A stretch of DNA of 64,000 nt from Lachnospiraceae bacterium (lineage in GTDB: Bacteria; Bacillota; Clostridia; Lachnospirales; Lachnospiraceae), in assembly GCA_024698485.1 (NCBI GenBank), contig JAILRC010000085.1, forward strand, positions 23,639 to 87,638, written 5' to 3'. Position numbers and translations under genes: made by a program. Under the pieces are notes generated by a model. It did no database searches. It was not told the origin of the DNA and was given only the letters and a program-made list of their open reading frames with translations. Each line of letters begins with the position of its first letter. The first letter of the stretch is position 1. Positions 46,265-56,368 of this stretch are shown in pieces.

Positions 46265-46436
46265 AGAAAACATGAAGGCTCTGGACGAGGTGATACGTGT
46301 TCTTGAAAAGGGTGATCTTTCTTTGGAGCAGTCTTTTGAAAAATACAAGGAAGGCATGGACCTTCTCCTTAAATGCAACAATTCCGTGGACAAAGTGGAA
46401 AAGGAATTGCAGATCCTGGAAGGAGAAGGTGTCTGA
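46227..46436 (+). CDS. xseB: exodeoxyribonuclease VII small subunit
   Basis: A 69-aa helical protein (LEENMKALDEVIRVLEKGDLSLEQSFEKYKEGMDLLLKC). ATG follows AAGGAAGG. It overlaps the xseA 3' end. Confidence 0.88.
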   Translation: MAEKKQTNDLNLEENMKALDEVIRVLEKGDLSLEQSFEKYKEGMDLLLKCNNSVDKVEKELQILEGEGV

Positions 46437-47392
46437 TGGCTTTTGAATTCGAAAAAGAAATGAAAGAACGGCAGGAAACGGTGAACAGCTGCCTGGAAAA
46501 CTTCCTTCCCGATGAAGAAGGACTTCAGAAAGTCATCATCGAAGCTTTGAATTACAGTATTCAGGCGGGAGGAAAAAGGATACGTCCCATTCTCTTAAGA
46601 GAGATGTACGGCATATACAGCAGAAAGACCAATCCGGGAACAGAACCGGATTTTGAAAGAGTGGAGCCTTTTATGGCAGCTATGGAGATGATCCACACCT
46701 ATTCATTGGTGCATGACGATCTTCCTGCCATGGACAACGATCTTTTGAGAAGGGGAAAGCCCACCACCCATGCAAAATTCGGACATGCCAACGGAGTGCT
46801 GGCGGGAGATGCGCTTCTCAATTACTCAGTGGAGACCCTCACCAAGGCCTTTGCCGAGGATGATTTTTCAGGGGAAGACTGCTATGACGACATCACAAAT
46901 GCGGACTGGAACAGGAGAGTGGTGAAAGCCATGAAGCTCCTTTACACCCGTGCAGGGATCTTCGGAATGATCGGTGGCCAGACCGTGGATGTGGAAAAGA
47001 CGGGAAAACCACTTACAGCCGATGAACTGGATTTTATCTATGAACTTAAAACCTGCGCCCTGATCTCTGCAGCGATCTTGTGCGGTGCTGTCCTGGGCGG
47101 AGCAGACATGAGAGACCTGGCCATGCTGGAGCCTCTCGGAAGCGATATAGGAATGGCTTTTCAGATCAGGGATGATATCCTTGACATCGAAGGAGACGAA
47201 AAGACTTTCGGAAAGCCCATCGGAAGCGATGAAAAGAACTGCAAAACCACCTGGGTCACCCTTTACGGCATGGATGCGGCAAAGGAAAAGGTGAAGGAAT
47301 ATACCGAAGAAGCCGAGAAGATCTTGGACAAGCTTCCAGACAATACATTTATGAAAGCATTTGTAAATGCACTTGCCACAAGAAATAATTAA
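46436..47392 (+). CDS. ispA: polyprenyl (farnesyl/geranyl) diphosphate synthase
   Basis: First DDxxD motif is LVHDDLPAMDNDLLRRGKPT. Second is FQIRDDILD. Start is TGATG, overlapping the xseB stop. Confidence 0.9.
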   Translation: MAFEFEKEMKERQETVNSCLENFLPDEEGLQKVIIEALNYSIQAGGKRIRPILLREMYGIYSRKTNPGTEPDFERVEPFMAAMEMIHTYSLVHDDLPAMDNDLLRRGKPTTHAKFGHANGVLAGDALLNYSVETLTKAFAEDDFSGEDCYDDITNADWNRRVVKAMKLLYTRAGIFGMIGGQTVDVEKTGKPLTADELDFIYELKTCALISAAILCGAVLGGADMRDLAMLEPLGSDIGMAFQIRDDILDIEGDEKTFGKPIGSDEKNCKTTWVTLYGMDAAKEKVKEYTEEAEKILDKLPDNTFMKAFVNALATRNN

Positions 47393-47412
47393 GATCACGA
47401 AGGTATTGGGAT

Positions 47413-49287
47413 ATGACGGATTATCCTGTTCTCGATAAGATTAATAAACCGAATGACATTAAGATTCTGCCTGAAAGCGAACTTCCGGAGCTTGCAAGGG
47501 AGATCAGGGCTTTTATTACCGAAGCCGTCTCCAGGAACGGAGGACATCTGTCTTCGAATCTGGGAGTGGTGGAACTTACCATGGCTCTTCATCTTTTCCT
47601 GGATTTTCCCGAAGACAAGCTGATCTTTGATGTGGGACACCAGACCTATGTCCACAAGATCCTCACAGGACGAAAGAATTTCGAGACCCTGAGGCAAAAA
47701 GGTGGACTTTCGGGCTTCCCCAAGGGCAGCGAGAGCGATTGTGATGCTTTCGATACGGGACACAGTTCCACAGCTCTGTCCATTGCGGCGGGTTTTGTAA
47801 CCGCCAGGGAACTGAAGGGGGAAAAGAACAAGATCGTTGCGGTGGTGGGAGACGGAGCCCTCGGCGGCGGAATGGCTCTTGAGGCTATGAACAACATCGG
47901 AAAGTTCAAGAGCAACATGATCATCATCCTTAACGACAATGAGATGTCCATAGACCGGAATGTGGGAGGCATGGCCAACTATCTCGGTAAGATACGTACA
48001 AGAAAGACCTATGTGAATTTTAAGGCAGGTCTTGAAAATATGCTGGATGAGATTCCCGGAGGTAAGGGAGAAAGGATCGTGGGAAGACTTAAGCACATCA
48101 AGGATTCCTTCAAGACTTTCTTCGTAAGCGGCATGTTCTTTGAAGACCTTGGTCTCACTTACATCGGACCCATCAACGGTCACGACGTTGATCAGGTCCT
48201 TACGGCTCTTAAAAGTGCTTCGGGCTTGAATAAACCGGTGATCATCCATGCGGTCACCCAAAAGGGCAGAGGCTATCTTCCCGCGGAAAAAAGACCCGGA
48301 AAGTTCCACGGCATCGGCCCCTTTGACCTTAAGACCGGAAAACTCCTTAAAAAACCGGGCACAGGCAGCTTCACTTCCGCGTTTTCCGAGACCATGCTGG
48401 AGTTGGGTGAGAAGGATGAAAGGATCCTGGGCATCACAGCTGCCATGGAGTTCGGTACGGGACTCAGAGAGTTCGGAGAACGTTTCCCCGACCGTTTCTT
48501 TGATGTGGGCATAGCGGAACAGCATGCGGTCACTTTTGCGGCAGCGCTTGCAAAAGCGGGTTTCAGACCTGTGGTAGCCATCTATTCCACATTTTTACAG
48601 AGAAGTTACGACCAGATCGTTCATGATGTCTGCCTTACAAAGCAGCCCGTGATCTTCATGATAGACAGGAGCGGAATTACGGGAGAAGACGGAGAGACCC
48701 ATCAGGGCATATTCGATCTTTCCTATCTGTCACATATTCCGGGACTTACGGTAATGGCTCCCAAGAACTGCGCTGAACTTAAAAAGATGCTGAAAGCCGC
48801 AGTGGAAATGAACGCTCCCGTAGCCATCAGATATCCGAAATGCGGGGAAGCGGAATGTGCCGGAGAACTGCCTGTGGAAGACATTGTATACGGAAAAGCG
48901 GAAAGACTTTCGGAAGGCAGCGATGTGGCTGTTTTTACCGTTGGTCATTCTGTGGATATAGGGATCGGACTTAAGGAAAGACTGGAGTCCGATGGCTTCA
49001 CCGTAAGCCTTTACAACGCAAGATTTGTGAGTCCCGTCGACCGTGAGGCTGTTACGGAAGCGGCAAAGAAGCACAAGGTTGTGGTCACCGTTGAAGAAAA
49101 CGTTAAACGCGGCGGTTTCGGAGAAGAGGTGGCGGAAGTCATCCTTGAAGGCGGTTTTGAGACGGGCTTCGTAAATGCTTCTTTAAATGACAGTTTCATC
49201 GAACACGGTAAGAGGAGTGAACTTCTCAAAACCTACGGACTGGACACAGAAGAGATATATGGAAAGATTAGACGCATTATTGGTTAA
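47413..49287 (+). CDS. dxs: 1-deoxy-D-xylulose-5-phosphate synthase
   Basis: GGHLSSNLGVVELT, FDVGHQTY.HKILTGR, GHSSTALS, GDGALGGGMALEAMN, ILNDNEMSI and DVGIAEQHAVTFAA are conserved Dxs blocks. Confidence 0.95.
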   Translation: MTDYPVLDKINKPNDIKILPESELPELAREIRAFITEAVSRNGGHLSSNLGVVELTMALHLFLDFPEDKLIFDVGHQTYVHKILTGRKNFETLRQKGGLSGFPKGSESDCDAFDTGHSSTALSIAAGFVTARELKGEKNKIVAVVGDGALGGGMALEAMNNIGKFKSNMIIILNDNEMSIDRNVGGMANYLGKIRTRKTYVNFKAGLENMLDEIPGGKGERIVGRLKHIKDSFKTFFVSGMFFEDLGLTYIGPINGHDVDQVLTALKSASGLNKPVIIHAVTQKGRGYLPAEKRPGKFHGIGPFDLKTGKLLKKPGTGSFTSAFSETMLELGEKDERILGITAAMEFGTGLREFGERFPDRFFDVGIAEQHAVTFAAALAKAGFRPVVAIYSTFLQRSYDQIVHDVCLTKQPVIFMIDRSGITGEDGETHQGIFDLSYLSHIPGLTVMAPKNCAELKKMLKAAVEMNAPVAIRYPKCGEAECAGELPVEDIVYGKAERLSEGSDVAVFTVGHSVDIGIGLKERLESDGFTVSLYNARFVSPVDREAVTEAAKKHKVVVTVEENVKRGGFGEEVAEVILEGGFETGFVNASLNDSFIEHGKRSELLKTYGLDTEEIYGKIRRIIG

Positions 49288-49990
49288 ACTGGGACTTGCT
49301 GCTTCCAGAGAAAGAGCAAAGGAAGTGATAAACGAAGGCAGGGTGAAAGTTAACGGAAAGACAGCATCCAAAGCCTCGTTTCAGGCAGAAGAGACCGATG
49401 ATATAGCCGTTGAAGGCGAAACTCTTAAATATGTGAGCCGAGGAGGCCTTAAACTGGAAAAGGCCATTGCGGATTTTAATATTGACTTAACCGGCAAAAC
49501 CTGTATGGACATAGGTGCTTCCACCGGAGGATTTACTGACTGCATGCTCCAAAACGGAGCAGCAAAGGTCTATGCGGTGGATGTGGGTACGGACCAGCTG
49601 GTTGAGGCTTTAAAGAACGACGAACGTGTGATCTCCATGGAACACACCAACATCCGATACATCACCAAGGAAAATGTGGGAAATGAAGCCATGGACTTTA
49701 TTTCTGTGGACGTGTCATTTATATCCCTTACAAAAGTGCTGCCTGTGGTATGGGAAATGCTGAAAGAAGGCGGAGAGGCGGTTTGCCTCATCAAACCCCA
49801 GTTCGAAGCGGGAAAGCAGGCTCTTTCAAAAAAAGGAGTTGTTACGGATCCGAAGATCAGGGAAAAGGTTGTAAAGGATATCGAACTGTTTTCGGAAAGT
49901 ACAGGCTTTAAAGTGCTTGGAACCATTCTTTCTCCCGTAAAGGGCGGAGAAGGCAATACAGAATATCTGATACATTTGGGGAAGGTCTGA
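49259..49990 (+). CDS. tlyA: TlyA-family rRNA 2'-O-methyltransferase (S4 + FtsJ domains)
   Basis: RLDALLVKLGLAASRERAKEVINEGRVKVNG (S4), YVSRGGLKLEKA, DIGASTGGFTDCMLQNGA, SVDVSFISL. The start overlaps the dxs 3' end by 29 nt. Confidence 0.88.
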   Translation: MERLDALLVKLGLAASRERAKEVINEGRVKVNGKTASKASFQAEETDDIAVEGETLKYVSRGGLKLEKAIADFNIDLTGKTCMDIGASTGGFTDCMLQNGAAKVYAVDVGTDQLVEALKNDERVISMEHTNIRYITKENVGNEAMDFISVDVSFISLTKVLPVVWEMLKEGGEAVCLIKPQFEAGKQALSKKGVVTDPKIREKVVKDIELFSESTGFKVLGTILSPVKGGEGNTEYLIHLGKV

Positions 49991-49993
49991 TCC

Positions 49994-50806
49994 ATGAAAA
50001 AACTTTATCTCATAATTGCAAACCCGGACAGAGACCCTAACGGTGAGTACTCAGCCAGGGTCAGGAAATGCCTGGAAGAAAACGGTGCCGACTACGTGGA
50101 GCGGGACGTCCTTAATGGCGAGGAGAGCCCCAAGGCGGAGGCGGCCATTGTCCTCGGAGGCGACGGCACGCTCATGCGGAGCGCAGACATGATCAAAGAA
50201 GCCAACATTCCCATTCTGGGTATAAATACGGGAACTCTGGGCTATCTTACGGGAGCAGAGACCAATAATCTCGAAAATGCGGTTAAAAAATTACTTACTG
50301 GAGATTACAGGATCGAAGAACGTATGATGCTGGATGTTAAGGTGGGGGACAAGTCTTATGACACCGTTCTTAATGACGCAGTCATCACCAGAAACGGCTA
50401 TTCCAGGATCATCCGTTTAAAGGTCAGGATCAACGGTCGGGAGATACTCACCGTGGCGGGGGACGGCATCATAGTTTCAACCCCCACGGGATCCACGGGT
50501 TACAATCTGTCCGCAGGAGGAAGCATATGCGTTCCCGAGGCGGAAATGATCATTGTTACCCCTATATGTCCTCATTCCATGTCGGCCAGATCCATCATCG
50601 CTTCCGCCAAGGATGAAATCACCATTGAAGTTCCGGAGGAAAAGAACAATGAAGCCCCGGATCTGGGAATGACTCTGGACGGAAATGCGTTCATTCCGCT
50701 GAAAGCGGGAGACAGCATCAGGATATGCCGTTCCGAAAGCATCACAAAACTTATAAAGACAGATGAAGGTACATTTTTCGAAGCATTGAAGAGAAAACTG
50801 TCCTGA
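49994..50806 (+). CDS. nadK: NAD+ kinase
   Basis: VLGGDGTLMRSA, GINTGTLGYL, LNDAVI, GDGIIVSTPTGSTGYNLSAGG. Confidence 0.92.
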   Translation: MKKLYLIIANPDRDPNGEYSARVRKCLEENGADYVERDVLNGEESPKAEAAIVLGGDGTLMRSADMIKEANIPILGINTGTLGYLTGAETNNLENAVKKLLTGDYRIEERMMLDVKVGDKSYDTVLNDAVITRNGYSRIIRLKVRINGREILTVAGDGIIVSTPTGSTGYNLSAGGSICVPEAEMIIVTPICPHSMSARSIIASAKDEITIEVPEEKNNEAPDLGMTLDGNAFIPLKAGDSIRICRSESITKLIKTDEGTFFEALKRKLS

Positions 50807-50838
50807 CAGGCTGAAGGATGTAAGAGAAGGAGATAGAA

Positions 50839-51306
50839 ATGCCCGATAAAAAGACGAGCAGACATGCACAGATCCGCAGGATCATTGAAAACGAGAATAT
50901 AGGAACCCAGGAAGAACTGGTTAAAAAATTGAACGAAGCGGGTTTTGCCGTAACCCAGGCAACAGCCTCCAGAGACATTAAGGAACTGAGGCTCACAAAG
51001 ATGGCTACGGATACCGGAGAGATCAGATATGTGATCCCACCCTCGGACACCCCCGGAGTCAATAACGGAAAATTTGTCAGGGTTCTTTCCGAGGCCTTTG
51101 TCAGCATGGAACAGGCTGAAAATCTGCTGATCATCAAGACAGCATCCGGAATGGCCATGGCTGCTGCGGCTGCCCTTGATTCACTTAAGATCGGAGGAGT
51201 TGTGGGCTGCATCGCAGGAGATGACACCATCATGTGTGCCATCAAGACAAAGAGCGAAGTCCAGGAAGTCATGCGCACCATAGAAAAGTTTTTGGGGAGA
51301 AAATAA
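50839..51306 (+). CDS. argR: arginine repressor
   Basis: RHAQIRRIIENENIGTQEELVKKLNEAGFAVTQATASRDIKELRL (winged helix), with C-terminal GCIAGDDTIMC. Confidence 0.92.
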   Translation: MPDKKTSRHAQIRRIIENENIGTQEELVKKLNEAGFAVTQATASRDIKELRLTKMATDTGEIRYVIPPSDTPGVNNGKFVRVLSEAFVSMEQAENLLIIKTASGMAMAAAAALDSLKIGGVVGCIAGDDTIMCAIKTKSEVQEVMRTIEKFLGRK

Positions 51307-51322
51307 GCACTTAAACTTTTCC

Positions 51323-51350
51323 TTGACACAGCCTGAGGATTTGTTATAAA
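51323..51350 (+). promoter_or_regulatory. candidate promoter for yebC: TTGACA, 16-nt spacer, TGtTATAAA
   Basis: TTGACA at 51323-51328, TATAAA at 51345-51350, preceded by TGT (extended -10). Confidence 0.55.
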
Positions 51351-51393
51351 ATCTCTTGGTTGAAAAATTTATGCATTTATAAAGGTGGAAAAT

Positions 51394-52128
51394 ATGTCAG
51401 GTCATTCAAAATTTGCAAACATTAAGCATAAGAAAGAAAAGAACGATGCCGCAAAGGGTAAGATCTTTACCAAACTCGGAAGAGAGATCGCAGTAGCCGT
51501 TAAGGAAGGCGGCGGTCCTGACCCCAACAACAACTCAAAGCTCAAGGATATCATTGCAAAGGCTAAGGCCAACAATATGTCCAACGATACCATCGAAAGA
51601 AGTATAAAGAAGGCTGCGGGTGATGGCCAGAACGTTAACTATGAGCATGTAAGATACGAAGGATACGGTCCCAGCGGTATCGCCATCATCGTAGATGCTC
51701 TTACCGATAACAAGAACAGAACTGCGGCAAATGTCAGAAGTGCTTTCACAAAGGGTAAGGGAAGCATAGGAAACATGGGCTGCGTTTCCTTCATGTTCGA
51801 TGAAAAGGGACAGATCATCATCGACAAGGAAGAGTGTGATATGGACGGAGACGATATCTTCATGATCGCTGCAGATGCAGGCGCAGAAGATCTTTCCGAC
51901 GAAGAGGACAGTTTCGAGATCATCACTGCTCCCGATGACTTCAGCAAGGTGGTTGAGGCTTTGGAAGCAGCAAACATCAAAATGTCTTCCGCAGAGGTCA
52001 CCATGATCCCTCAGAACTACGGTTCCCTCACCGATGAAGAGGACATCAAGTGCCTCAACCGCATTCTCGATCTGCTTGACGAGGACGATGATGTTCAGGA
52101 CGTTTACACCAATTACGACGAAGCTTAA
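51394..52128 (+). CDS. yebC: YebC/PmpR-family transcriptional regulator
   Basis: MSGHSKFANIKHKKEKNDAAKGKIFTKLGREI... is the invariant YebC N-terminus. Confidence 0.92.
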   Translation: MSGHSKFANIKHKKEKNDAAKGKIFTKLGREIAVAVKEGGGPDPNNNSKLKDIIAKAKANNMSNDTIERSIKKAAGDGQNVNYEHVRYEGYGPSGIAIIVDALTDNKNRTAANVRSAFTKGKGSIGNMGCVSFMFDEKGQIIIDKEECDMDGDDIFMIAADAGAEDLSDEEDSFEIITAPDDFSKVVEALEAANIKMSSAEVTMIPQNYGSLTDEEDIKCLNRILDLLDEDDDVQDVYTNYDEA

Positions 52129-52171
52129 ATAGATCCGTTTTTTTCTTAAAAAAAGCTAAAAAATGACAAAT

Positions 52172-52230
52172 AAATGCCGATAATGAATATGTATTATATT
52201 TATACATTTCATTTTACCGGCATTTTTTGT
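52172..52230 (+). terminator. long AU-rich hairpin with T-run after yebC (terminator, or leader structure of the Big_2 gene)
   Basis: AAATGCCGATAATGAATATGTAT / ATACATTTCATTTTACCGGCATTT give ~21 bp with small bulges and a 7-nt loop, followed by TTTTTTG. The hairpin ends about 28 nt before the Big_2 protein start. Confidence 0.6.
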
Positions 52231-52258
52231 TTGTTATGACCGGAGGAGGAAATACTTG

Positions 52259-55200
52259 ATGAAAAAAACGATCAGCAAAATAGTAAGCTTCATAATGGCG
52301 GCAGGGATCATAGTTTCCGGAAGCTTTTTTAATTATAGATCTGCCTACACAGTGGATTATATACAGAACAAACCTTCTTCAACCGAGGAACTTTCCGAGG
52401 AGGAAGAAAAAATCATAGCAGCACCCACATACGATGTTGACACCTACGGTATATTTGCCAAGGCCTTCGGCATCGACGGTCTGAAGCATGGTATATTCAC
52501 AACCCCCAATACATTCTTTAAAGACAAGACCATCTACGCAGCGGATGCGGACATGAAGATCGTGTTCTTTGATAACAACGGTACCGGCAACGCCTTTGTT
52601 GAACAGGGTTCCGTACTTGAACTTGATACATCATCCTTTACTCTTGCAGTTTCCCGTGTTTACAAGGTAGACAATACAGACGCTCCCTTTGCGGCGGGTA
52701 CCACCATGCACTTTGAAATGGCAGGTGCAGGTAACAGTGTCATCAGGATCGAACCCGATGCCAATGAAGGAGACAACTCCTGTGTCATCACCCGTCTGGG
52801 ACCCGGTCGTGCCAATATTAACGTTGCCATCACCGAGAACGGACAGACACGTTACGCCACCATCACCATCCATGTTGCATTCGAGATCGTAAAGAACGAC
52901 CTTGAATGGCAGGATACGGGTCTTCAGGGCTTCAGTGACAAGGTGCTTTTCCTGGATCAGAGAGACTATCTGGGCACTACGGATTACTACCAGCTTTCCA
53001 TCCTTTACATGGATGCAACCGCTGTTACAGCAGACTCCGTTATCGTTGACGAGACAGACAGGCAGTACAAAGACACGGTTGTTTTTTATGAGAACGGTAA
53101 ACTTCATGTAAGAGGTGCAGGTTATTCAAGAGTTACACTTAAAACCACGGGTACCACACCTGACACGGCAAGTTTCTACGTTCTGGTCCGTCCCGTGGGT
53201 CACAAGGATCAGGTGGTTTCCGGCGGTACAGTTACCTATGCCGATTACACACCCACCTATGACATGGGTATCATTTACGAAAATCATTTCCAGATCTTCT
53301 CCAATGCCAAAAAGGCAAATACCCTTTCCTGGACTGTTTACCTTGTAGACAAGAACGGCGGCCTGAAGGAGATCAGCAAGAACGATCATTCCAGACTGAC
53401 TTATGAAGTAAGCGATCAGAGCAATGTACTGAACTTCACCGGGGTTACAGCAGGAACCTATAAGATCGTGGGCGTGGCCAATCCGTCCTTCAGTGATAAT
53501 GAAGTAAGGAACAAGGTTGTCTACGATGTTATTGTAATGCTTTCGTTGCAGAATCAGGTCCTGTACATGAATGTTGGCGATACATACGATGTACTTGGTA
53601 ATTCCAACATTCCCGAAAACCTGTTTTCGGCAGTTTACAACATTGATATTCCTCTGGTTGAAAGAAACTATGTTGACGTGAGCCATAAGGGAATGATCAC
53701 AGCGAAGAATGTAGGTACTGCTCATGTTACATTCCAGTATGTGGGAGGAAGTACCCAGACGCTGTTCCCGCCGGCTTTGAGCGCAACCATCACAGATGTT
53801 GTTTACACCGTGCATGTTATCGACTACCTTTCCATCAGTAATTCCCTTCTGGGTTCCGACGGATCTACAGATTTCACCATGTATTCAGGCGGAACTTATC
53901 CTCTTTACGCAGCATGCACCAACCGTGACTATGATATTTACTGGGAAAGCGGTGACACTTCCATCGTTACCCTTGAAGACAACGGTTTTGGTTCTGTAAT
54001 GGTCAAAGCTCTCAAAAAGGGTGATGTAAAGGTCAGAGCTTATCAGATCATAGATGGTGTCGAAAAGAATGCTTATGCCACCATCCATGTTAAAAATACG
54101 GCTACAAAAGTGACACTTTCTCCTGCAAAGGTAGAGATAGAAGTTGGAGATTACAAGACTGTCATCGCTCAGTTCACAGGCGATGCTACGGATCTCACCT
54201 GGGTTACTTCCGATGAAAGCATTTTCGGTTTTGTTGATAATGTTAACGTAGGAAGATCTGCAACCATCCAGGCTATAAAGCCCGGTACCGCTGTTCTTAC
54301 AGCCATCAACCCCGCAAACATCGTATGCGGCTACTGTGAAGTCGTAGTCTTCCAGCAGGTAACAGGCCTCACTCTTTCCGAGTACACACTGACTCTGCCC
54401 GAGACTGCAGGAACCTATCAGTTGTATGCTTATCTTGCACCCAGCAACGCTTCGGATTCCAGCGTTCTTTGGACCTCGTCCAAGCCTACGGTTGTAAGTG
54501 TTGATGCCAACGGTAAACTCACCATCCTCAAGGAAGGTGAAGCTACCATCATGGCTCAGTCAGTTCTCAATCCCGAATTCACGGCAATGTGTACAGTAAA
54601 GGTGCTTCAGGCAGTGGATTCCATCAAACTAGACAAGAATCAGCTGGAAATGTACAAGGGTGAAGTTTACAGACTTCCTTACGTCATCCTTCCCGCAGAC
54701 GCAGACAATACAGTGATCGACATTCAGGTTTTTGACAGCAAAGTGGTTTCCGTTACTCAGGGAGCCGACCGCACATTGATGGTTACCGCAAGAGGTGTCG
54801 GAAAGACCACCTTCATGGTAATGACCAAGGACGGAAAGTACTGGGATCTTTGCGAAGTTGTGGTAAAGCAGATCGCAACGGATGTTGCCATGAACTACTC
54901 CGAAGTCACCCTGAACGTGGGAGAGTACTTCGATCTTACCGTAAAGATCACACCCAACGATGCAACAGAGAGTTCTCTCATATGGAAGACTCTTGATTCA
55001 TCCATAGTTTCCATTTCCCAGACAGGCAGGATCATCGGTATGAAGCCCGGAAAGACTTCGGTCATGGTCCAGACCCAGAGCGGAAAAACATCCTTCTGTT
55101 CCGTAACGGTACTCATGGGAGCAAAATCCATGAAACTGGACGAGGACAACATCACCATAGGTATCGGAGAGACCTACACCCTTGAGGCTGTGTTCGATCC

Positions 55201-56350
55201 CGAGGGTACATCTGTACAGGAAGTAAAGTGGTCATCACTTGATCCGAACGTTGCGACAGTTAATGACGCAGGTATGGTCACGGGTGTCAAGGGCGGATAC
55301 ACCGTTATCTCCTGTGTTTCTGCTGACGGCGGATTTACCGGTTTCTGTATGGTAAAGGTTGAGGAACTCATCACCAAGATCACCGTTGATCCTTCATTCT
55401 ACATCCTGGGTCTCGGAAACACTGTTACCATATCCACTACCATTGAAAACGCCAATACGGTTTCCGATACGGAACTGGAATGGTACTCCGATGACGAATC
55501 CGTTGCCACTGTTGATAAATACGGGCTGATCACAGGAGTTGATTACGGTACCACCTTCATCACCGTAGAAGCAGCACAGGGTGAGGCAAAGGCCATCGTA
55601 AAGATCGAAGTTGTACGCGAAGTGAGCAAGATAGAGCTTAAGCCCAGCTACATCACCGTCATTGTAGGGCATTCCGAGAAGATCACCGCTACGGTAAGTC
55701 CTTCCAATGCCACATATAACACCGTAAATTACTCGGTTCTCAATACTTCCATGAAGCCTGACACCACCAATGCCCTCGTTGATGAGGACGGTGTGGTTAC
55801 AGGTCTTAAGAAGGGTGCCGCATGGGTTGTTGCCAGCGCAAAGGACAATTCCGGAAAGACAGCCAGCTGCTATGTTCTGGTCATCGAGCCCATTGCCGCA
55901 TCGGGCATCGTGGTTTCGGATTCGGAAGTAGCCCTTCTGCCGGGAGAAGACAAGAGGATCGTATCCCACATAAAACCTGTCAACTCCACCGATGACTTGA
56001 CATGGACTACAAATAATGATACTGTAGCATCAGTTTCCGCTGACGGAATAATTACCGCAAATCAGGTGGGTCAGACCACCGTTACGGTAACCACATCATC
56101 CGGTAAAACGGCCACCATAAATGTTACAGTTCTTGGTTTCAGCCGAACCTATGTAGAGATACCCGTTTATTCCACCTACACAGTTTTCCTGGATGGCGCT
56201 TTCGGCACCGTACGCTGGGATGTTGACGATCTCAGCATATGCGATGTTAACAACGGAACGATCACGGCAAGAAAAGTAGGAACTACGGTGGTTACTGCAA
56301 AGGTTAGCGGGCGTACTTTGGAGTGCGTAGTAAAGGTTACAAGTAAGTAA
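52259..56350 (+). CDS. very large secreted or membrane-anchored protein built almost entirely of bacterial Ig-like (Big_2-type) domains
   Basis: N-terminal signal/anchor is MKKTISKIVSFIMAAGIIVSGSFF. At least 9 clear ~85-aa repeats of the pattern L.P..v.l.vG....l.a.v.P.nA.d..v.W.SSd..vatVd..G.vt..k.G.a.it....dGgkta.c.V.V run from about nt 54101 to the end. More degenerate copies lie upstream. There is no LPXTG, SLH or choline-binding module. Confidence 0.8.
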   Translation: MKKTISKIVSFIMAAGIIVSGSFFNYRSAYTVDYIQNKPSSTEELSEEEEKIIAAPTYDVDTYGIFAKAFGIDGLKHGIFTTPNTFFKDKTIYAADADMKIVFFDNNGTGNAFVEQGSVLELDTSSFTLAVSRVYKVDNTDAPFAAGTTMHFEMAGAGNSVIRIEPDANEGDNSCVITRLGPGRANINVAITENGQTRYATITIHVAFEIVKNDLEWQDTGLQGFSDKVLFLDQRDYLGTTDYYQLSILYMDATAVTADSVIVDETDRQYKDTVVFYENGKLHVRGAGYSRVTLKTTGTTPDTASFYVLVRPVGHKDQVVSGGTVTYADYTPTYDMGIIYENHFQIFSNAKKANTLSWTVYLVDKNGGLKEISKNDHSRLTYEVSDQSNVLNFTGVTAGTYKIVGVANPSFSDNEVRNKVVYDVIVMLSLQNQVLYMNVGDTYDVLGNSNIPENLFSAVYNIDIPLVERNYVDVSHKGMITAKNVGTAHVTFQYVGGSTQTLFPPALSATITDVVYTVHVIDYLSISNSLLGSDGSTDFTMYSGGTYPLYAACTNRDYDIYWESGDTSIVTLEDNGFGSVMVKALKKGDVKVRAYQIIDGVEKNAYATIHVKNTATKVTLSPAKVEIEVGDYKTVIAQFTGDATDLTWVTSDESIFGFVDNVNVGRSATIQAIKPGTAVLTAINPANIVCGYCEVVVFQQVTGLTLSEYTLTLPETAGTYQLYAYLAPSNASDSSVLWTSSKPTVVSVDANGKLTILKEGEATIMAQSVLNPEFTAMCTVKVLQAVDSIKLDKNQLEMYKGEVYRLPYVILPADADNTVIDIQVFDSKVVSVTQGADRTLMVTARGVGKTTFMVMTKDGKYWDLCEVVVKQIATDVAMNYSEVTLNVGEYFDLTVKITPNDATESSLIWKTLDSSIVSISQTGRIIGMKPGKTSVMVQTQSGKTSFCSVTVLMGAKSMKLDEDNITIGIGETYTLEAVFDPEGTSVQEVKWSSLDPNVATVNDAGMVTGVKGGYTVISCVSADGGFTGFCMVKVEELITKITVDPSFYILGLGNTVTISTTIENANTVSDTELEWYSDDESVATVDKYGLITGVDYGTTFITVEAAQGEAKAIVKIEVVREVSKIELKPSYITVIVGHSEKITATVSPSNATYNTVNYSVLNTSMKPDTTNALVDEDGVVTGLKKGAAWVVASAKDNSGKTASCYVLVIEPIAASGIVVSDSEVALLPGEDKRIVSHIKPVNSTDDLTWTTNNDTVASVSADGIITANQVGQTTVTVTTSSGKTATINVTVLGFSRTYVEIPVYSTYTVFLDGAFGTVRWDVDDLSICDVNNGTITARKVGTTVVTAKVSGRTLECVVKVTSK

Positions 56351-56368
56351 GCTTTAGGAGGACTTCAA

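Noticed and set aside
54101-56347. The periodic repeat structure in the large gene as a possible CRISPR-like or satellite DNA array.
   Set aside because: The periodicity is at the protein-domain level (~85-aa Big_2 units with divergent nucleotide sequence). It lies inside one uninterrupted ORF, and there are no short identical direct repeats with unique spacers.
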